The notes below the pieces were generated by a model. It searched no databases. It had not been told where the DNA came from and was given only the letters and a program-made list of their open reading frames with translations. Below are positions 27,000 to 32,000 of a stretch of 32,000 nt of DNA, piece by piece. Source of the DNA: Fastidiosibacter lacustris (GTDB lineage Bacteria > Pseudomonadota > Gammaproteobacteria > Francisellales > Francisellaceae); assembly GCF_003428155.1 (NCBI RefSeq), contig NZ_QLIR01000005.1, forward strand, positions 30,001 to 62,000. The letters are read 5' to 3'. How positions within the stretch are numbered: position 1 is the first letter of the stretch; each line of letters begins with the position of its first letter. The translations under genes and the position numbers were made by a program.

Positions 27000-27800
27000 A
27001 TGAAAAAGATTTTATTGAGGATGTATTGTCTTGGTGTGTTTGCTTTGCTTTCAGCGTGTGCTACCACCACAAACAAGCCTTTACCTTATCAAGGTGAAAG
27101 TGCAGAGTATATTTATGCTAAAGGGCATGAACAAGTTAAAAATGGTGAGTACTATAAAGCGATCGATACATTTCGCTCATTAAATTCTCAATATCCTTTT
27201 CAAAAATATTCTGAGTTGGGAAATCTTGAGCTTATTTACGCTTATTATGAAGATGGTCAATCAGAAATGGCATTAGGTTTGGCTCAACAGTTTTTAAGAG
27301 CCTATCCTACTTCTAAAAATTTGGGCTATGTCTACTATATGATGGGAGTGATCAATTACGATAATGGTCGTGGATTTTTGCAACGCAGATTGCCTTATGA
27401 TATGGCCCAACATGATCCATCTGCTTATATCCAAGCATTTAATGATTTAAAGCGTGCAGTACTGTTAGATCCAGAAAGTTCATTCGTTGGCGATGCAAAG
27501 CGTAGAATGGTGCATATCAACAATGTGGTTGCGGAATATGAATATAATATCGCCAAGTTTTATTTTGACCATGAGGCTTATGTGGCAGCAATTAACCGCG
27601 CTAAGCTTGTGGTTGAGAGTTACCCGCAAAGTAAATCTATTGAAAATGCATTGGTATTGATCATTCGTGCTTATGATATATTAAAACTACCGATGTTAGC
27701 AGAAAAATCGATGGAAGTATTAAAAACAAACTATCCAAATAATGCATATTCAAAATCTTTAGAAGATGCAGCTAAGCGACCAACGGTGGTTTTTAAATAA
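27000..27800 (+). CDS. bamD: Outer membrane protein assembly factor BamD (YfiO) lipoprotein
   Basis: A lipobox is present (LLSAC) and the body is TPR-like. The pairing with divergent rluD is conserved. Confidence 0.85.
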   Translation: MKKILLRMYCLGVFALLSACATTTNKPLPYQGESAEYIYAKGHEQVKNGEYYKAIDTFRSLNSQYPFQKYSELGNLELIYAYYEDGQSEMALGLAQQFLRAYPTSKNLGYVYYMMGVINYDNGRGFLQRRLPYDMAQHDPSAYIQAFNDLKRAVLLDPESSFVGDAKRRMVHINNVVAEYEYNIAKFYFDHEAYVAAINRAKLVVESYPQSKSIENALVLIIRAYDILKLPMLAEKSMEVLKTNYPNNAYSKSLEDAAKRPTVVFK

Positions 27801-27876
27801 GTTAAAGTACTTACAGCCTATCCTTTAAAGGCAGAGAAGTAATTGATTCAGATAAGTAAAAAAAAAAGGTAAGAAA

Positions 27877-28926
27877 ATGTGGTTTAAGAATTTAGCATTG
27901 TTTCAGTTCACAGAAAAATTTGAGTTAAGCGTTGAAGAAGTAGAGAAACAGCTAACCAAACATGCTTTTGTACCATGCTCAACAAGTGCACCTCTTTCAA
28001 TGGGTTGGGTGTCGCCTTTAGCTGGAGATGCTCCGATTATTCATGCAGCAAGTGGTTTTATGATGATAGCATTTCAAATTCAAGAGAAAATTGTACCTGC
28101 TGGTGTAATTAAAGAAATTTTGGATGAAAAGGTCGAAGAAATTGAGCTAAGAGAATCACGCAAAGTTAAAAAGAAAGAAAAGGATACCTTAAAAGAAGAG
28201 ATTTATCAAAATTTGTTACCACGAGCATTTACCAAAAATAGTATGATTTATGCTTATATCGATACATCTTCTGGCTGGTTAGTTGTCAATGCTTCTTCGG
28301 CTAAAAAAGCAGAGCTGTTGACTGTGAATTTGCGTAAAGCTTTGGGAAGTTTGAAAATACGCATTCCAGAAATATTACCCATTTCGATCTTGTTAACACA
28401 ATGGTTGCAAACCAATCAATATCCCCAGGAGTTAACGATTGAAGATCAATGTGTGCTGCAAGATAACAAAGATGCTTCAGGAATTATTCGCTGTCAGCGT
28501 CAGAATTTATTTACTGAGGATATTTTGTCATTAATTGCGTCAGGACGAGAAGTGATTCAGCTTGGACTTTCCTGGCAAGATCAATTGAGTTTTGTAATCA
28601 ATGATGAATTTATGATTAAATCCTTAAAGTTTCTTGAGATAATTCAAGATAAGGCAAGTGATATTGTTTCTGAAACAAAAACCGAACGCTTTGATGCAGA
28701 CTTTATTATTATGGCAGAGACTTTACGAGAGTTTATTACCTTTCTTATGCAAATTTTTGCTAAAGAAAGTAAAAGTGTAGAGCATAATGATAAAGTTAAT
28801 ACTCAACAAACAGTTATTTCAGCTGATATTGCTGATGATTATGCACCTTGGGACGGAGAGGATAAAGAGGACGATATGACTCATGTATTAAATACTAATA
28901 CTACACTTGATCAAGTCGATAAGTAA
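27877..28926 (+). CDS. rdgC: Recombination-associated protein RdgC with an extended acidic C-terminus
   Basis: The N-terminus MWFKNLALFQF and collinearity over about 300 aa match RdgC. About 45 extra C-terminal residues are present. Confidence 0.85.
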   Translation: MWFKNLALFQFTEKFELSVEEVEKQLTKHAFVPCSTSAPLSMGWVSPLAGDAPIIHAASGFMMIAFQIQEKIVPAGVIKEILDEKVEEIELRESRKVKKKEKDTLKEEIYQNLLPRAFTKNSMIYAYIDTSSGWLVVNASSAKKAELLTVNLRKALGSLKIRIPEILPISILLTQWLQTNQYPQELTIEDQCVLQDNKDASGIIRCQRQNLFTEDILSLIASGREVIQLGLSWQDQLSFVINDEFMIKSLKFLEIIQDKASDIVSETKTERFDADFIIMAETLREFITFLMQIFAKESKSVEHNDKVNTQQTVISADIADDYAPWDGEDKEDDMTHVLNTNTTLDQVDK

Positions 28927-28937
28927 AAGGGTCTATA

Positions 28938-30338
28938 ATGTATCCAGATGAAGCTATATCTCTAACACATCAACTAGAAAATATCAAGCGACCACCCTCT
29001 TCAATTGATGCTGAACGCTCTGTCATTGGTGGACTTATTTTAGATAATGAAGCATGGACCAAGGTTGAAGAAATCTTAATTTCTGATGATTTTTACAGCA
29101 CACAACATCGTATTATCTTCCATCAAATGCAAAAGCTGATTCAGCAAGGAGTACCGTTTGATATTATCACCCTCAGTGATGCACTTTCAAATGAAAAACT
29201 GTTAGAACAGGCAGGTGGCTTGCACTATTTAGCTGAAGTTACTAAAAACACACCTACTGCTGCCAACATTGTTGCCTATGCTGAGATTGTTAAAGAACGT
29301 GCAAAATTACGCGTGTTATTAAATACTGCAACTGATATTGCTAATATGGTTTACACGCCACAAGGACGTAAGGTAGGTGAGATTTTAGATGTCGCTGAGC
29401 AAAAGATTTTAGCAATTGCTGAAACCGACATTCAAAAAGGTGATGGACCAAGGGCGATTCGTGAGATCATTCCAAGTGTAATTGATCGGATTGATGCAAT
29501 GATGGAAGCAAGTGATGGTATTACTGGCATTTCAACTGGGTTTACTGATTTAGATGAATTGACTTCTGGTCTGCATTCAGCAAATTTAGTTATCGTCGCT
29601 GGTCGCCCATCGATGGGTAAAACGACGTTTGCTATGAATTTAGCTGAAAACGTTGCCAGAGGCGCAGAAAAACCAGTGCTTGTATTTAGTTTAGAGATGC
29701 CAGCAGAAGACATTGTATTAAGAATGATTTCATCACTGGGTCGTGTGGAACAGAATGCACTTAGAAATGGTCGTTTAGAAGATGAACATTGGGCAAAAAT
29801 TACAACAGCAATGGAAGTGTTATCAAAAGATTTTAATATGCACATTGATGATAGTGCTGGTCTTTCGCCTTCGGAAATGCGTTCGCGTGCTCGTAGAGTT
29901 TATAAAGAACATAATGGGCTTAGCATGATTGTGGTTGACTATTTACAGCTGATGAAAGTACCAGGTTATGAGAATAATCGAACACAAGAGGTTTCCGAGA
30001 TTTCACGCGCCTTAAAATCACTTGCTAAAGAGCTGCATGTGCCAGTAGTTGCGTTATCTCAACTTAATCGTGGGGTAGATGATCGTGCGGATAAGCGTCC
30101 AATGATGTCAGATTTACGTGACTCTGGAGCAATTGAGCAAGATGCTGATGTGATTATGTTTGTGTATCGCGATGAAGTCTATCACAAGGATAAAGAGGAT
30201 AATAAAGGATTAGGAGAAATAATTATTGGTAAACAGCGTAATGGTCCTATTGGCAGCATCAAAGTTCACTTTGAGGGTCGTTTTTGTCGCTTTGCTGACC
30301 TTACATTTGAGCAAGCCGTGCCAATAGGAATTTATTAA
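28938..30338 (+). CDS. dnaB: Replicative DNA helicase
   Basis: The N-terminal ERSVIGGLILDN, Walker A GRPSMGKTTFA and the motifs ALSQLNR and IIGKQRNGP are present. No intein is seen. Confidence 0.95.
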   Translation: MYPDEAISLTHQLENIKRPPSSIDAERSVIGGLILDNEAWTKVEEILISDDFYSTQHRIIFHQMQKLIQQGVPFDIITLSDALSNEKLLEQAGGLHYLAEVTKNTPTAANIVAYAEIVKERAKLRVLLNTATDIANMVYTPQGRKVGEILDVAEQKILAIAETDIQKGDGPRAIREIIPSVIDRIDAMMEASDGITGISTGFTDLDELTSGLHSANLVIVAGRPSMGKTTFAMNLAENVARGAEKPVLVFSLEMPAEDIVLRMISSLGRVEQNALRNGRLEDEHWAKITTAMEVLSKDFNMHIDDSAGLSPSEMRSRARRVYKEHNGLSMIVVDYLQLMKVPGYENNRTQEVSEISRALKSLAKELHVPVVALSQLNRGVDDRADKRPMMSDLRDSGAIEQDADVIMFVYRDEVYHKDKEDNKGLGEIIIGKQRNGPIGSIKVHFEGRFCRFADLTFEQAVPIGIY

Positions 30339-30432
30339 CCTATTGTATCTGTTTTCAAGATGAAGCTGCTTATAAAGGCACTCTAACTTATATTCTTTAA
30401 GGGTGCTTTAAAACTATATCTAACGTAGTCGC

Positions 30433-31797
30433 TTAAGCAAACCACAATAAAACGGTGTCTTTCAATCGTTGCCATAATGAACCGGTTGAATCGCCTTTTA
30501 ATGTTAAAACTGGGAAGGTTTGAATTACTTTCCCTTTATATGTCATATCAACACTACCTGCTGGTGTGCCAGCTTGGATGGGTGCTACCAAACCTTTAGG
30601 GTTTTTGTGTAATACAAATTGAATATCCTTGGCATTCACATCATGTGGGAAGCTGACCGTAATTGGTTGTTGTACTCCAATGTCAACCATGCCTTCAGCA
30701 CCTTTATAGACACGAATATCACCAAGTACATAATAGGCAGGATAAAAAGTTTTTGTTTGAAAATTAGAGAAACCATACTCTAATAGCGTTTGGCTATCAC
30801 GTGCGCTTTGCAGTAGACTGGTTGAACCCATAACAACAGCAATCAAACGATCATGATCTGGTTTAACTGCAGAAGATACCAAGGAATCGCCAGCAGAATC
30901 GGTTGATCCTGTTTTAATACCATCAGCATAAGGGTAAATTTCTAATAATTTATTATAATTTCGCGTGACAAAACCATTCATGCTAACGCTATCCATTTTG
31001 TAATAGTGGTAGTATTGTGGGTAGTCATAGATGATATGTTGAGCCAATACAGCAATGTCACGCGCTGAGGTGTATAAGTTGGGTGCAGGTAAACCCATGA
31101 CATTGCTAAAATGAGTGTTGTTCATTCCAAGTTTATTAGCAGTGAAGTTCATAATGTTAACAAAACCTTCCTGCGTGCCTGCAATGACCATTGCAAGCGT
31201 TACCGCAGCATCATTTCCTGAGGCAACAATTGTGCCTTCAAGCAGGTCTTGAATGGTGACTTTTTGTCCTGCTTTTAAGTGCATGCTAGAGCCTGCAGTG
31301 TGCCATGCTACAGCAGGGACTTTAACCTCTTGATTGAGTTTTAAATTGCCAGAAGCAAGGCGTTGCTCAGCGATGTACAACAACATCATTTTGGTTAAAG
31401 AAGCAGGAGCTACACGCAAATTAGCATTTTTTTCGGCTAATACGTTCCCTGTTTTAGCATCGATAAGAAGATAACCTTTAACGTTTAGCATTGGTGGAGT
31501 GACTACTTGATTTTTCCAAATTTCGGTGGCAGGTGTGACATCAGGTAGTTTGAGATCACTTGGTATAGGTGGAACCTGCACTTCAAATGGTACATTCGCA
31601 CTGGAAGAAACAGCACCATAAGCATTGAGTGGAACACCCATATAATTAACTGAAGCTGCACCATAGGTATTAGGTTGAGTTGTTATTTCACCAGAGGTAG
31701 GTGGTGTATTAGTTTGATTTGCAAGTGCAGGTTTAAGCTGAACCATAAATGAAGCAGAAAGCAGAAATACGGAGACTTTTTTAATATTAAACATCAT
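30433..31797 (-). CDS. D-alanyl-D-alanine carboxypeptidase (PBP5/6 family)
   Basis: The ORF has a signal peptide and the SxxK (ASLTKMM), SGN (VASGND) and KTG (IKTGST) motifs. An N-terminal linker of about 80 aa precedes the PBP domain. Confidence 0.85.
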   Translation of the reverse strand: MMFNIKKVSVFLLSASFMVQLKPALANQTNTPPTSGEITTQPNTYGAASVNYMGVPLNAYGAVSSSANVPFEVQVPPIPSDLKLPDVTPATEIWKNQVVTPPMLNVKGYLLIDAKTGNVLAEKNANLRVAPASLTKMMLLYIAEQRLASGNLKLNQEVKVPAVAWHTAGSSMHLKAGQKVTIQDLLEGTIVASGNDAAVTLAMVIAGTQEGFVNIMNFTANKLGMNNTHFSNVMGLPAPNLYTSARDIAVLAQHIIYDYPQYYHYYKMDSVSMNGFVTRNYNKLLEIYPYADGIKTGSTDSAGDSLVSSAVKPDHDRLIAVVMGSTSLLQSARDSQTLLEYGFSNFQTKTFYPAYYVLGDIRVYKGAEGMVDIGVQQPITVSFPHDVNAKDIQFVLHKNPKGLVAPIQAGTPAGSVDMTYKGKVIQTFPVLTLKGDSTGSLWQRLKDTVLLWFA

Positions 31798-32000
31798 TAT
31801 TACCTATAGGAAATTGACATGCAGTGATTTTTGAAGGCATTATATACCACTCACAACCCATTTTACAGATTTTCTTGCTTTGCATTTTATGTGTTTTTAT
31901 ATGGGATATACCCTAAAAATTCCCCAAAAATTCAAACAATTTTAGAAATTTGAGATGTGTTTTTTGTAAGAAATTTTAGAGTTAAAATAACTAATAATTA

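Noticed and set aside
26912-27076. 55-codon N-terminal extension of the rluD track ORF (TTG at 27076)
   Set aside because: It would overlap the bamD start on the opposite strand and encodes an implausible peptide. The GTG at 26911, with an AGGA upstream, gives a normal S4-domain N-terminus.
27858-27867. A10 homopolymer upstream of rdgC, and T9 (14986-14994, minus strand) near the 3' end of the LuxR gene, as phase-variation tracts
   Set aside because: Both are short for slipped-strand switches in an AT-rich genome. One is in a 5' leader. The other would affect only the last 18 or so codons.
1938-29845. Nested or antisense track ORFs: 1938..2144, 2214..2417, 3518..3703, 6048..6254, 9035..9316, 9629..9970, 10769..10987, 10897..11106, 11641..11835, 14037..14222, 15317..15523, 20101..20295, 20191..20442, 23773..24027, 26174..26416, 26464..26649, 29432..29845
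   Set aside because: Each lies inside or antisense to a longer ORF with clear family motifs. None has an RBS, and all encode low-complexity or hydrophobic peptides typical of alternate-frame translation.

Overview
This is an AT-rich bacterial chromosome segment. Hand counts on a few lines give roughly upper-30s % GC, and gene content and local order are gammaproteobacterial. The combination resembles intracellular or Legionellales-like lineages, but that is inference only. Most of the window is housekeeping backbone. In order it carries bamA-skp, cvpA, a 6S RNA not visible in the ORF track, ygfB-ubiH-ubiF/I, queA, acpP-fabF, ttcA, smpB with divergent ratA-rnfH, a PaaI thioesterase with mnmC, parC, rluD divergent from bamD, rdgC, dnaB and a PBP5/6-type carboxypeptidase. 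Two lower-GC accessory islets interrupt it. The first (about 14.4-17.4 kb) holds a small receiver-like ORF, a LuxR-HTH regulator and an MHS-type MFS transporter. The second (22117-25813) is the most interesting feature. It is a 3.7-kb segment lying exactly between the stop codons of convergent parC and rluD. It is bounded by imperfect inverted repeats of about 110 bp and contains a decayed IS5-family remnant followed by an intact but compositionally foreign leucyl-tRNA synthetase. From memory of family sequences, the architecture of that enzyme looks Bacteroidota-type rather than gammaproteobacterial. No CRISPR array, rRNA or tRNA gene was seen by eye. All homology statements come from motif recognition and recollection, not from searches.
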